The notes below the pieces were generated by a model, which did no database searches, was not told where the DNA came from, and saw only the letters and a program-made list of their open reading frames with translations. From an uncultured Bacilli bacterium (GTDB taxonomy: Bacteria > Bacillota_I > Bacilli_A > RFN20 > CAG-288), in the NCBI GenBank assembly GCA_944371605.1, contig CALVXU010000009.1:56866-120865 (forward strand): a stretch of DNA of 64,000 nt, in the 5' to 3' direction. Shown here piece after piece: positions 30,601 through 38,883 of this stretch. The position numbers were made by a program, and so were the translations under genes. The stretch's first letter is position 1, and each line of letters opens with the position of its first letter.

Positions 30601-30956
30601 GAGCCGCAATCAGCACAATAAGAATATTCTTTAGTGCCATCGGTCAAACATGTGGCTGGAGTTCCTGGATGAGTAGTCAAAGAATTCGAATCGTGATTTT
30701 TAGGATCTAATGGCAATAAAACTTCTTCATCAGTCACAACTTGACCATCGATCATCTTCTTGCGGCAATACGGACATTCCTCATAGGCTTTATGTCCTTG
30801 TGTCTTGCAAGTAGAAGCGACAGCCTCTACTGGATAAAAGACACATTCATGCACAGCGACAGAGGATGATGAATCTTGAGTACAGCTAGAAAGAATAGGT
30901 GACATAAACATCAATGACAAAAGAGTTATGCCAACAGCTTTTTTCTTATTTTTCAT
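27660..30956 (-). CDS. large multidomain lipoprotein (Cys/His repeats, 2 Big_2-like Ig domains, 2 tandem beta-rich domains)
   Basis: Start 30956 MKNKKK with lipobox ILSSC; TVTWSS/TLTWSS Ig repeats; duplicated EKHY...DFFDPANW...ISSLAIDP domains. Confidence 0.85.
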   Translation of the reverse strand: MKNKKKAVGITLLSLMFMSPILSSCTQDSSSSVAVHECVFYPVEAVASTCKTQGHKAYEECPYCRKKMIDGQVVTDEEVLLPLDPKNHDSNSLTTHPGTPATCLTDGTKEYSYCADCGSYVIDGENYTEENYQEALVIPKETAEHELVHHDEVASTCIPGKKAYDQCSVCHKYFIDGVEVQESDLIIPASGEHNFNTYGVCENGCGTYRYDSQVFDSTNLVPLTATSGDGYCDTGDDKIAMIESIHDTKMTFHTQRSSKDGCQVTYRDGEAVDITLSKGTANQCSFTRFVVGDGQTAYTGQFYLTFEITIDRDMLVDRLGAMIADYDGNVKTDTLGEYDQSNLLGADSGNKGSVEKNPNRILKGNTTYRFIYKMETTNTSPSPDMVDKQEQMIQIFIGGGDATYTLSNLHVITLPEAEKTGKVTSSLLYFGETDLVENEKDIKVTDLTLNKTYLAMQVGDEETLVATVLPDIATDKTVTWSSDHPEIVDVDDNGKLTAKTIGTAKITATCGGLTATCDVEVLDMVIPVTGVELDKETLELTAGDDASQLVATITPDNASNKTLTWSSSAPEVASVSDTGLVTPLTEGQTTITVKTNDGLFEDTCVVTVSAPTEKHYYTYLEEDFFDPANWDANGEGARDDSIIDSDFKLSFTSSTASRFDLFYGPNHANFAENSNNIDGTSKDQQAIFEPIYNQTYSFDMDVETDGEVNLMIFGTSGANGPTNTSSASLYLHIKSDGSMSLDQSAPMSNNDFKDHFTCADTGFKLNETNKLSFKVNRVDINTLTLQVFVNDKQVKFEGDDWTQGSRGTYSVDENGTYTSNYVKGSGYGPRFGVYPSDDTTFKISSLAIDPEPEQITEPDPEPVEKHYNLYNGKDFFDPANWYGTTQDQIARDDSIIDEDHNLSFTNATPSRTDFFYFKDDGCHFGDKDADNKWNGYTDYYGRTYTFSLGIESTGAFEMTAIANNSWVTPSTTGGFGFGYHFEDNKITLTCHHNGHNYTFTANTDAFKFNQVNQVSLKVTRVDADTLTLQLLVNDAVVEFDKSGDYSGSSYSFTMSDDFVLSFDKYLANNGYGQRLGIFPDAGSVVTISSLAIDPAPAN

Positions 30957-30967
30957 TTTAGCACCTC

Positions 30968-33900
30968 TCATTTTCTCAAACTCAAGGATTCCTGAATCTG
31001 TTTTGCACAATCATAGATGTAGATAGCACCGAACATGACCGTAGACCAAACAACTAAAGTGAATAAAACACGAGTGACAACTGGGACTAATTTTTCCCAA
31101 AGTGGAGTGATAGTAGTGAAGGAAGAATCACCAGTGATACCATTCATAGCATTAGAATTGACAACTGTGTAAAGAACATTCTTGACACAATCTCTCATAG
31201 CCCAAGCTAATTTTCCATAGCCAGTTTCGTAGTCAACAAATTGAGCACTATTTCCATCATAGTCATTACCGCCAGACCAACTGCCGATATTACCATCGGG
31301 TAAATCGTTACCATATAAGACACCTTGGATAGGAGACATATAACGACGAGAAGAGTTGTAGTCAGAAATAGCATAGCTAGTCATACCGAATTCAGCTCTT
31401 AAAACAGTGTTCAAGAAGCCTTGGCCACCAGTCCAAACAGCGCCGAGACGATTCATACCAGTCATGACGCCTAACATCGGCATATGAGTTCTCTCACCAT
31501 TCTCATCGAAAGCTAGTTCTCTATCTAATTCGATTGCGACTTCGAGAGCACGGCAATAAATCTCACGAATAGATTGTTCATTTGCCCAAACATTAAGACC
31601 AGCTCTGTGAGTCTCTTGGTCGTTTAAAACAGCGTGTTTAGCTAAAACAAATACGCCCATGTCATGTAAGCCAGCAGCTTCATAACCAGCAGCAACACCA
31701 GTCAAGAATCCATCTTCTGAATAATACTCGAAAGTTCTGCCACAATAAGCACCTCTATGAATGTTAACACCTAAACCATAGATGCCGTTATAGCCAGCCC
31801 AAATAGCTTCTTCACCAGTTTGCTTACCTATTCTTCTGATCAAATCAACGTTATAGGTAGCAGCAACAATACCATTATTAGCAAAAATAGTCGGTTTTGT
31901 ATTCACACCATCATTTCTTAATTCAGCAAATCCACGGAAAGCATTTTGACTTGGAATCGCACCATCATTACGAGAGTGAACAGGTGAGATAGCACCATTT
32001 TGTTGAGAAGTCATAGGAGCAGCGATGGAATCGATACCACGAGTATAACGTAAAGCATCTTGCAAAATATAGCAGGTCTCATCCCAAGAGATGCGATCGA
32101 GCAAAGTATCCCAGTCAGGGTCATCGAAAGATTTTCCGCGTAAATAGATGAGTTTGATTTCATCAAACATATCATCGCCTTCATAGAAGCCGATTTCATC
32201 ATAAGTCGGATAAGCGATATTATCTTGTTCAACAGCTGGCACCTTTTGTGCTTCAGCCAATTCAGAGCTAGCAGTCAATTTGATGACTTTACCATAAGTG
32301 CCAGTCCAATTGCTTCTAGTCATATAAGGTTGCGACTCTTCACTTTCAGAGAAAAGGCCAGCTTTCTGATAGTCAGTGTTATCGAATTGGTTAGTGATAG
32401 AGGAGACACCATAGTTAGCTTCTTCACCAGGATATCGAGCTTCAAAGTTTTCATTTTGTTGTTCGATATAGTCATTGGTAGAGTACTTAGTAGCACTATA
32501 AGCGATATGTTTACCCCAAACTAAAGACTTATCACCATTGCCACGACCATCATTAGTAGTGATGCTCTCTAAATCGACATCAACACCATTATCGGCTTTG
32601 TATTGTAAGAAATTATTTTCAGCATCATGCGCATCTTTAGCGACTGTGAATAAATATTCATCATCTTCATCGCTAGAACCAATGACATAAGTCTTCTCAC
32701 CATTAGCATCATAAGCAGCTAAATACTTGCCTTTGATCTCAATGGTAGCAGGAACAGTCTCATGAGCTTTGACATCCACTTTAGTGAAACCAGCTAATTC
32801 AACAGCTGATTTTTCAACACCGTTTTCAATATCCTTAGCTGTGTATGGTTTTTGGATATATGCTTGAACAACTTCTTTACCGTCGATATCTGAATTATTG
32901 GTGACATCAACTGTTAAGGTATAAGTATCCTCTTCAGTATTTTCTGTAACTTTGAAATTAGAATAAGAATAATCAGAGTAGCTTAAGCCATAACCGAAAG
33001 GATAAGATACAGCTGCTTGATAATCAAAACTACCAGCATTAGCACGATTAGTCAAAACGTCTTCATAACGAGTTTCAGTATATTTATATCCGTTATAAAT
33101 ACCTTCTTGGTAAGCGACATAGAATTTATTATTATATTCTTTTCTAGTAGCAAAATAATCCTTTAAAACACTAGAATTCCCATATTCAAAGGAACCGAAA
33201 TTATAGTAAACAGGATTATATTTGCTATCAGCAAAGAAAGTATCAGCAGTTCTGCCGGAGAAATTATATTCACCAGTTAATAACTTGCCAATCGCGTTAG
33301 CACCATTAGTGCCGATGGTTCCAACCCATAAAGCAGCATCAATACCATATTCTTCTTGATCAACAAAAGCGCTTTGGAAAGGACTTGCGCAATTCATAAT
33401 GACAATAATCTTGTCCAATTTGCCCTCATCCTTCATTCTCTTCATATTTTGAAGAACATCTTTTTCATTATCGGTTAAAGCTAAAGCATCGCCGACAGAA
33501 TTATTCGGATCACCATTATGATCACGGCTGACAATGGTTCTAGTCTGTCCATCATCCATAGTCGTATCCATATATAAGTCAATAGCTTCACCTGAGTTTC
33601 TAGCTAAAACCATGATACCAGCTTTAGCATCATTTTCTTTATCAGATGGAAGAGCAGACCAAGGGGCATCTTCGACAACTAATTGGACTTCTTGATCCTC
33701 ATAACCGATGAAGTGGCCGTTAGTAGAATTCAGATAGGAAAGACCGTTGTTTTTGTACCATTCATTTAAATTTTTATTGACACTCAAACCAGCACTGGTC
33801 AAACCTTGTTCCAAAGTGACAATATCAGCAAAAGGATCTTGGTCACCATTGACTTTGAAACTTGAAGATCCCATACCAGTGACAACCGAATGATAGGAAG

Positions 33901-34222
33901 CAGCACCGTAAAGATTAACTGTATCTTCTTTAGCTAAAGGTAATGCATCATTATCATTCTTTAACAAAACAGCACCTTCTTTTAAAGTCTCATCAATGAT
34001 ATCTTTACTGGCCTGTTTAACTTCGTCCATCGTCTCGAATTCAGTGTCAAAATAAATGTTTCCATCTGAGCCGCTGCCAGTCGATGTTTGAATCTTAAAG
34101 GTGGTATTGATGATACCAGCATAGTCTAATAACATCGGGCTAGCTGTGACAGCTAAGGCAAAAAGAACAAATGTGACATGAAAACTGATTTTAGATATTC
34201 CTAAAGCTGTTTTTCTTTTCAT
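30968..34222 (-). CDS. membrane-anchored GH3 glycosidase, permuted domain order
   Basis: GAVLLKNDNDALPL first, YQEGIYNGYKY, YPFGYGLSY, Fn3-like, then GLGVNIHRG, EYYSEDG, KHAVLNDQET, AISD; hydrophobic segments at both termini. Confidence 0.92.
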   Translation of the reverse strand: MKRKTALGISKISFHVTFVLFALAVTASPMLLDYAGIINTTFKIQTSTGSGSDGNIYFDTEFETMDEVKQASKDIIDETLKEGAVLLKNDNDALPLAKEDTVNLYGAASYHSVVTGMGSSSFKVNGDQDPFADIVTLEQGLTSAGLSVNKNLNEWYKNNGLSYLNSTNGHFIGYEDQEVQLVVEDAPWSALPSDKENDAKAGIMVLARNSGEAIDLYMDTTMDDGQTRTIVSRDHNGDPNNSVGDALALTDNEKDVLQNMKRMKDEGKLDKIIVIMNCASPFQSAFVDQEEYGIDAALWVGTIGTNGANAIGKLLTGEYNFSGRTADTFFADSKYNPVYYNFGSFEYGNSSVLKDYFATRKEYNNKFYVAYQEGIYNGYKYTETRYEDVLTNRANAGSFDYQAAVSYPFGYGLSYSDYSYSNFKVTENTEEDTYTLTVDVTNNSDIDGKEVVQAYIQKPYTAKDIENGVEKSAVELAGFTKVDVKAHETVPATIEIKGKYLAAYDANGEKTYVIGSSDEDDEYLFTVAKDAHDAENNFLQYKADNGVDVDLESITTNDGRGNGDKSLVWGKHIAYSATKYSTNDYIEQQNENFEARYPGEEANYGVSSITNQFDNTDYQKAGLFSESEESQPYMTRSNWTGTYGKVIKLTASSELAEAQKVPAVEQDNIAYPTYDEIGFYEGDDMFDEIKLIYLRGKSFDDPDWDTLLDRISWDETCYILQDALRYTRGIDSIAAPMTSQQNGAISPVHSRNDGAIPSQNAFRGFAELRNDGVNTKPTIFANNGIVAATYNVDLIRRIGKQTGEEAIWAGYNGIYGLGVNIHRGAYCGRTFEYYSEDGFLTGVAAGYEAAGLHDMGVFVLAKHAVLNDQETHRAGLNVWANEQSIREIYCRALEVAIELDRELAFDENGERTHMPMLGVMTGMNRLGAVWTGGQGFLNTVLRAEFGMTSYAISDYNSSRRYMSPIQGVLYGNDLPDGNIGSWSGGNDYDGNSAQFVDYETGYGKLAWAMRDCVKNVLYTVVNSNAMNGITGDSSFTTITPLWEKLVPVVTRVLFTLVVWSTVMFGAIYIYDCAKQIQESLSLRK

Positions 34223-34686
34223 TTGGCATTTCCTCCAGTAGATAATTCAGTCTTTTTGGTCATATGATTCTTCTCTTCCTTTGATTTTCTAAACGGAGGA
34301 ATATACATAGCGATAGATGAAAAAATGAAGGAAAGCACGAATAATAAAACTGTGACCCAAACAAATGTGTCTAAATTAAAGAACGCTTCAAATGAGAAGC
34401 CGCTGAAGAAAGCGGTTGAAAGATAGTCGATTAAACCTTCAGCCTTCGCAAATGCGCATACACATAAGAAATCACAGCACATCAAAGAGATAGGAGCTAA
34501 GACAGCTGTTTTCTTAAATAACATCAAAACACAGAAAAGACCAACGCCTAAAATAGCGAATAAGCAAACTTGTAAGTTGAATAAGTCAGTAGGAACATAG
34601 GTGTAAATCCAAGCTTGGGCAACTGTTGTCATAACAGCTAAATACCCGAATGCTCTATTCACCCAATTGATTTTTTTCTCCCTCAT
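34219..34686 (-). CDS. small 4-TM membrane protein
   Basis: 155 aa, four hydrophobic segments, overlaps GH3 start; similar to 48063-48497. Confidence 0.8.
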   Translation of the reverse strand: MREKKINWVNRAFGYLAVMTTVAQAWIYTYVPTDLFNLQVCLFAILGVGLFCVLMLFKKTAVLAPISLMCCDFLCVCAFAKAEGLIDYLSTAFFSGFSFEAFFNLDTFVWVTVLLFVLSFIFSSIAMYIPPFRKSKEEKNHMTKKTELSTGGNAK

Positions 34687-34688
34687 AA

Positions 34689-35936
34689 TTATTCCTCCTC
34701 ATTGAGGACGATAGCACTGCTATCTCCGAGAATGTTAAGATTTTCATCAAGAGTAGAAAGAGAAACAGCATCTAAATTACAAGGTGAACCAGTTCCAGCG
34801 TTTGGACCACTTGTAAAAATCAAATGATTGACACCTTTTTGTAATTCGATTTGAACACTGGGCATAGTATAAGGGGTATAGTAACCACTACCAGCACCAG
34901 GGACTTCAATGTCATCTAAAACATCAATCTTAGAGCCGTTAAGAGACACTTTGAAATAATTAGAGAAGACATCTCCTTGCGGACGTTGACAAACTAACAT
35001 GGTTAAATTGACAGTGGCTGCTTGAGAAGTGACGATTTCAAAATCAACTTTCATATTATTAGTATTAAAGCTTCGTAAACAAGCACCACCACTACAATCC
35101 CTACCATCAATAGTTTCACCTTCTGAAGATAAGAATGGTTTATTATTATCTGGCATTGTAGCTAATTGTTCTCTAGTCAATAACACATCGTCTTTATAAA
35201 CGTCTTGATTTTCAGCTTCGAGGAGAACAGTGTTCGATAACTTGCTTTCATCAATATAGCCATTGACAACAGAGGTGTCTAACTCAAGAGTTAAGTCTTG
35301 ATATCTCTTGCTAGCTAAACAAATAGTTCCCATGTTAGGAGTCATAGTGATATCTTCAGCATTTAAATAGAATTCTGAATCGACATAATAATAATTTTTT
35401 ACATCTTCAGTTTCTTCAGTAGATGTATTTTCATCGGAAGCAGTCACTTCATCAGTATTTCCTTCATTTGAAGTATCTGCAGAGGCAGCTTCTTTTTCTA
35501 AAGCAAGATCATTTTCTTTTTCATAAATCGGTTTGATAGAAGCATTATCTTCAATATCTTCTTTAGCAGTTAAGACTCCATCTTCACTATAGTACTTACG
35601 AATGACGAAGCCATATTCATCGGCAGGCATATCTGCATTATTGACGATATTCTCTAACGATGGATCTCTAGCAACCACTCTGACCTGATTCTTTTCTTTA
35701 TCAAAAGAAAAAGTATCACCAGTGAAATATGATTGCTGATAATTTGGTGAATCTAAACGGATTAGTCCCTTCGTGCCGTACTCTACCGTTGGTTCTTCAA
35801 TCAATTCTCCGCCATATAAAATAGCAACAGCGACAGAAATGACAAAAAATAGCGGTAAAAAGACAGCCAAAACAACTTTCAAAGCCTTAAAACGTGATTT
35901 TTTAGGTTCAGGCTTGATTGCAGCTTGTTCGTCCAT
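34689..35936 (-). CDS. single-pass membrane protein with C-terminal CBM6/CBM35-like domain
   Basis: N-terminal TM; VLLEAE...SGGACL...LQKGVNHLIF...NLDAV pattern; acidic linker. Confidence 0.65.
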   Translation of the reverse strand: MDEQAAIKPEPKKSRFKALKVVLAVFLPLFFVISVAVAILYGGELIEEPTVEYGTKGLIRLDSPNYQQSYFTGDTFSFDKEKNQVRVVARDPSLENIVNNADMPADEYGFVIRKYYSEDGVLTAKEDIEDNASIKPIYEKENDLALEKEAASADTSNEGNTDEVTASDENTSTEETEDVKNYYYVDSEFYLNAEDITMTPNMGTICLASKRYQDLTLELDTSVVNGYIDESKLSNTVLLEAENQDVYKDDVLLTREQLATMPDNNKPFLSSEGETIDGRDCSGGACLRSFNTNNMKVDFEIVTSQAATVNLTMLVCQRPQGDVFSNYFKVSLNGSKIDVLDDIEVPGAGSGYYTPYTMPSVQIELQKGVNHLIFTSGPNAGTGSPCNLDAVSLSTLDENLNILGDSSAIVLNEEE

Positions 35937-36059
35937 AACCCCCTCCTAGTTAAGTTGAATGACTTTAAATACAAAAATGTATAAAATCACCTACTTGTAT
36001 ATTTTAAATTTTTATGAAAAGCCTTACAACAATTAAAATGGCAAATTTCGTTGCAAATA

Positions 36060-36087
36060 TTGCAAAAGCAATTATTTTTCATTGCAT
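36060..36087 (-). promoter_or_regulatory. candidate activator site, surface operon promoter
   Basis: ATGCAA-N16-TTGCAA, 22 nt before TTTAAT. Confidence 0.45.
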
Positions 36088-36340
36088 TTTCACCATTTGA
36101 CATAAATAATCCGTGAATTGTCACTGTTGATTATCATCTTTTTTATCATCAATGACATTAACTCTTTCTTTAAAAAGTTTGAATGAGGAAGAACATTTTA
36201 AAAAAGCATGTTGCAAAAAAAGTTTCTTTTTTAACATTTTATGAAAAACAATTTGCTATTTAATCCTTGTAAGCGCTATTCTATTGTAGAAGTGCATAGC
36301 TTACTTTTGTTATGTACCGAAAATTGAAAGGAAAACATCT

Positions 36341-38353
36341 ATGGAAACAACAGACGCAAAAAAAAGTTTCTTCGAAACTCCTATGCTCTCTACAAAGATT
36401 AAGTCTGCCAATGTAAAACTCGTTCCAGAAGCTGCATTTGGTTACTTAGTCGGTCCTGCATTCGCTCTGATTGCAAATAGTGTTGTCAACACCTATTTAA
36501 GTCAGTATTGGCGCAATGTCTTAGGTTTGGGTGAATGGGCTTATACATTCACATGGTTACTTCCTTTAATCTCAGCAGTCATCATCGTTGTCGGCAATTT
36601 ATTAGTCGGAAGATTATTTGAAAGAAAACCGACCATCGCTGGCAAAGCTCGTCCGTTTATTCTCATCGGTATGCCATTGATGGCAATCGCTCTTTTAATC
36701 CTCTTCCTAGTTCCATTCCCTAAAGGTGCTACCGCTCAAAATCCTAACTGGTTAACTCTAGTATTTATCGCTGTCGGTTACAACCTTTATTATGCTGTAG
36801 CTTATCCATTCTATTACACTTCACACTCCGCTTTAGTCAATCTTTCCACCCGTGATAGATCTAAGAGATCATTGCTAGCTACTGCTTCCAATGCTGCTCA
36901 AATCGTTGCGTCTGGAGCCGCTGGTATGGTTGCACCATTCTTCATTGATGCTTTAGGATTGCTTCCTGCTGGTGAAGTTACTGGTCAGCTAGCTGATGAA
37001 GCCGCCAGAAGTGAAGCTAACAGCAAGTGGGTCATCTTGATGGTCATCTTGATCGTCATCCAAGTGATCGGCTGCTTATTAGAGTACTATTTCACTAGAG
37101 AAAGAATCACTGAAGAAAAATTCAAATTAAAAATTGCAAATTCTGCTGACAATCTCGCATTAGAAGCTAAAAAAGTTCCTATGAGCCAACAGGTTAAAAT
37201 TTGTGCTCGTGACAAATTCTGGTGGATGGTAATCATCTTCTACTTCCTCTATCAATTAGGTGGTATGTTAAAGAACAATGATGCAACTTGGTTCTCTCAA
37301 GCTTTCTTAGGTGCTAACCAAACCAAATTAGCTGGTACTATCAATACAGTTGGTGCTATTCCTACTGCTTTAGGTATGTTAGTCATTTGGCCATTAGCTA
37401 GAAAATTCGGCAAGGCCAATTGTATTAAAGTAGGTGGATTCTTAGCCTTTTTGATGGGATGCTTAGGATTCTTAGTTTTACCTTTAAGCGACAACACCTC
37501 TGCCGTCTGGGGCATTTCTATCACTGCCTTCTGCTTAAAATCTATCGGCACCGTCCCTGCTATGTATATTTCTATGGCTTTATTATCTGACGTTTTGGAA
37601 CACCAAGAAGCTATTTATGGTATTAGAACTGATGGTTTCTCAATGGCTGTTTATGGTTCAATCATGATTGCTATGCCTGGTGTCGCAAATGCTATCATCA
37701 ACCTTATTAATAATAATCCTAACATTTCTTCTAATGTTGAGACTTGGCAAATCGCCAACACCTTTATCTACTTCGGTGGTGAATCTATCTGCTACTTATT
37801 GATCGGTCTCATCTTCTTATTTATGAATGTAGAAAGATTCTCGAAGCTTGATAAGACGGCTATTACAAACGATCAAAAAGAAGTAGCCATTAGAAAAGGT
37901 GCTGAATGGGTCGACCCCGAAATTAGACTTGAACAAGAGCAAGCTGAAGCTGAAGAGCAAGTCCATCAAGAAGAAATTGAAAACTTACGTAAACGTGTTG
38001 AGAAAAATAATGCTAAATTCCACGAGCTCACAGCTGCAGGTAAATCAACCGAATTAAAAGAACTCGTTTTCGAAGAAGAATTAGAGAAATACGAAACCGA
38101 ACGTGCGAATAAGAAAGCTGAAGCTGACAGAAAGAAAGCTGAAGCTGATAAAAAGAGAGAAGAACAACGTCTTGCTAAAGAAAAAGAGCATGAACAATGG
38201 TTAGCTTCTTTAAGTGATGACCAGCGAAATGCTTATGAAAAGAAGATGAAGGAAAAAGAAGAAAGAAAAGCTGCGTTCGATGCTGAATCCGAACGAGAAT
38301 TCTTAGAATTAAGAGATTTAGCTGCTGAAGAAAGAGCTGCTAATTTGGCTTAA
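36341..38353 (+). CDS. GPH-family MFS sugar/glycoside transporter with long charged C-terminal tail
   Basis: ~12 TM segments, GKARPFILIG, RSLLAT, TRERITE, GIRTDGF; E/K/R/A-rich tail. Confidence 0.88.
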   Translation: METTDAKKSFFETPMLSTKIKSANVKLVPEAAFGYLVGPAFALIANSVVNTYLSQYWRNVLGLGEWAYTFTWLLPLISAVIIVVGNLLVGRLFERKPTIAGKARPFILIGMPLMAIALLILFLVPFPKGATAQNPNWLTLVFIAVGYNLYYAVAYPFYYTSHSALVNLSTRDRSKRSLLATASNAAQIVASGAAGMVAPFFIDALGLLPAGEVTGQLADEAARSEANSKWVILMVILIVIQVIGCLLEYYFTRERITEEKFKLKIANSADNLALEAKKVPMSQQVKICARDKFWWMVIIFYFLYQLGGMLKNNDATWFSQAFLGANQTKLAGTINTVGAIPTALGMLVIWPLARKFGKANCIKVGGFLAFLMGCLGFLVLPLSDNTSAVWGISITAFCLKSIGTVPAMYISMALLSDVLEHQEAIYGIRTDGFSMAVYGSIMIAMPGVANAIINLINNNPNISSNVETWQIANTFIYFGGESICYLLIGLIFLFMNVERFSKLDKTAITNDQKEVAIRKGAEWVDPEIRLEQEQAEAEEQVHQEEIENLRKRVEKNNAKFHELTAAGKSTELKELVFEEELEKYETERANKKAEADRKKAEADKKREEQRLAKEKEHEQWLASLSDDQRNAYEKKMKEKEERKAAFDAESEREFLELRDLAAEERAANLA

Positions 38354-38376
38354 TCCATTATCTCATAGCTGATTTT

Positions 38377-38410
38377 AGCCTTTGATCTGAAAAGGTCGAA
38401 GGCTTTTTTT
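38377..38410 (+). terminator. terminator after MFS
   Basis: AGCCTTTGATCT-GAAA-AGGTCGAAGGCT then T-tract. Confidence 0.8.
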
Positions 38411-38448
38411 GTTTCATTTTATATCCAGAAAATTACATTAATTTTAGG

Positions 38449-38477
38449 TTGAAACACAAATATGATTATGGTATCAT
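38449..38477 (+). promoter_or_regulatory. rpmB promoter
   Basis: TTGAAA - 17 nt - TATCAT with TG extension. Confidence 0.65.
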
Positions 38478-38525
38478 TTTAAAGCACGTTTTTATTGTGA
38501 TTATATAAGTTTGGAGGAGATTACT

Positions 38526-38750
38526 ATGTCAAGAAAATGCCCACTTACCGGTAAAGGTCCGATGTCTGGTAATTATGTCTCTCACTCTATGAGACATAAT
38601 CGTCGTCGTTTCAATGTCAACTTACAATGGACTACTGTTGTTGTTGATGGCAAGAAACAAAGAATCAAGGTTTCCACTGCTGCTATTCGTACTTTAAGAA
38701 AGAATGCGAAAGCTAAAGAAGCCAAACCAGCAGAAGCTGTTGCCGCTTAA
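38526..38750 (+). CDS. rpmB: 50S ribosomal protein L28
   Basis: MSRKCPLTGKGPMSGNYVSHS..HNRRRFNVNLQ; ATG at 38526 behind GGAGGA. Confidence 0.95.
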   Translation: MSRKCPLTGKGPMSGNYVSHSMRHNRRRFNVNLQWTTVVVDGKKQRIKVSTAAIRTLRKNAKAKEAKPAEAVAA

Positions 38751-38764
38751 TAATATATGTGTTT

Positions 38765-38790
38765 GCTGAGCTAATAGCTCAGCTTTTTTT
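38765..38790 (+). terminator. terminator after rpmB
   Basis: GCTGAGCT-AAT-AGCTCAGC then T7. Confidence 0.85.
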
Positions 38791-38806
38791 CTTATTACAA
38801 AGCCAC

Positions 38807-38862
38807 TAAAAAAGCTGTAACTTTGACCTCGAGTTAAGTTTGAGATCTTGTTACAGCTCTTT
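38807..38862 (-). terminator. terminator after glgA
   Basis: AGCTGTAAC...GTTACAGCT stem with T-tract on minus strand. Confidence 0.65.
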
Positions 38863-38883
38863 TAATTTTTTAAGAATAAAGGC

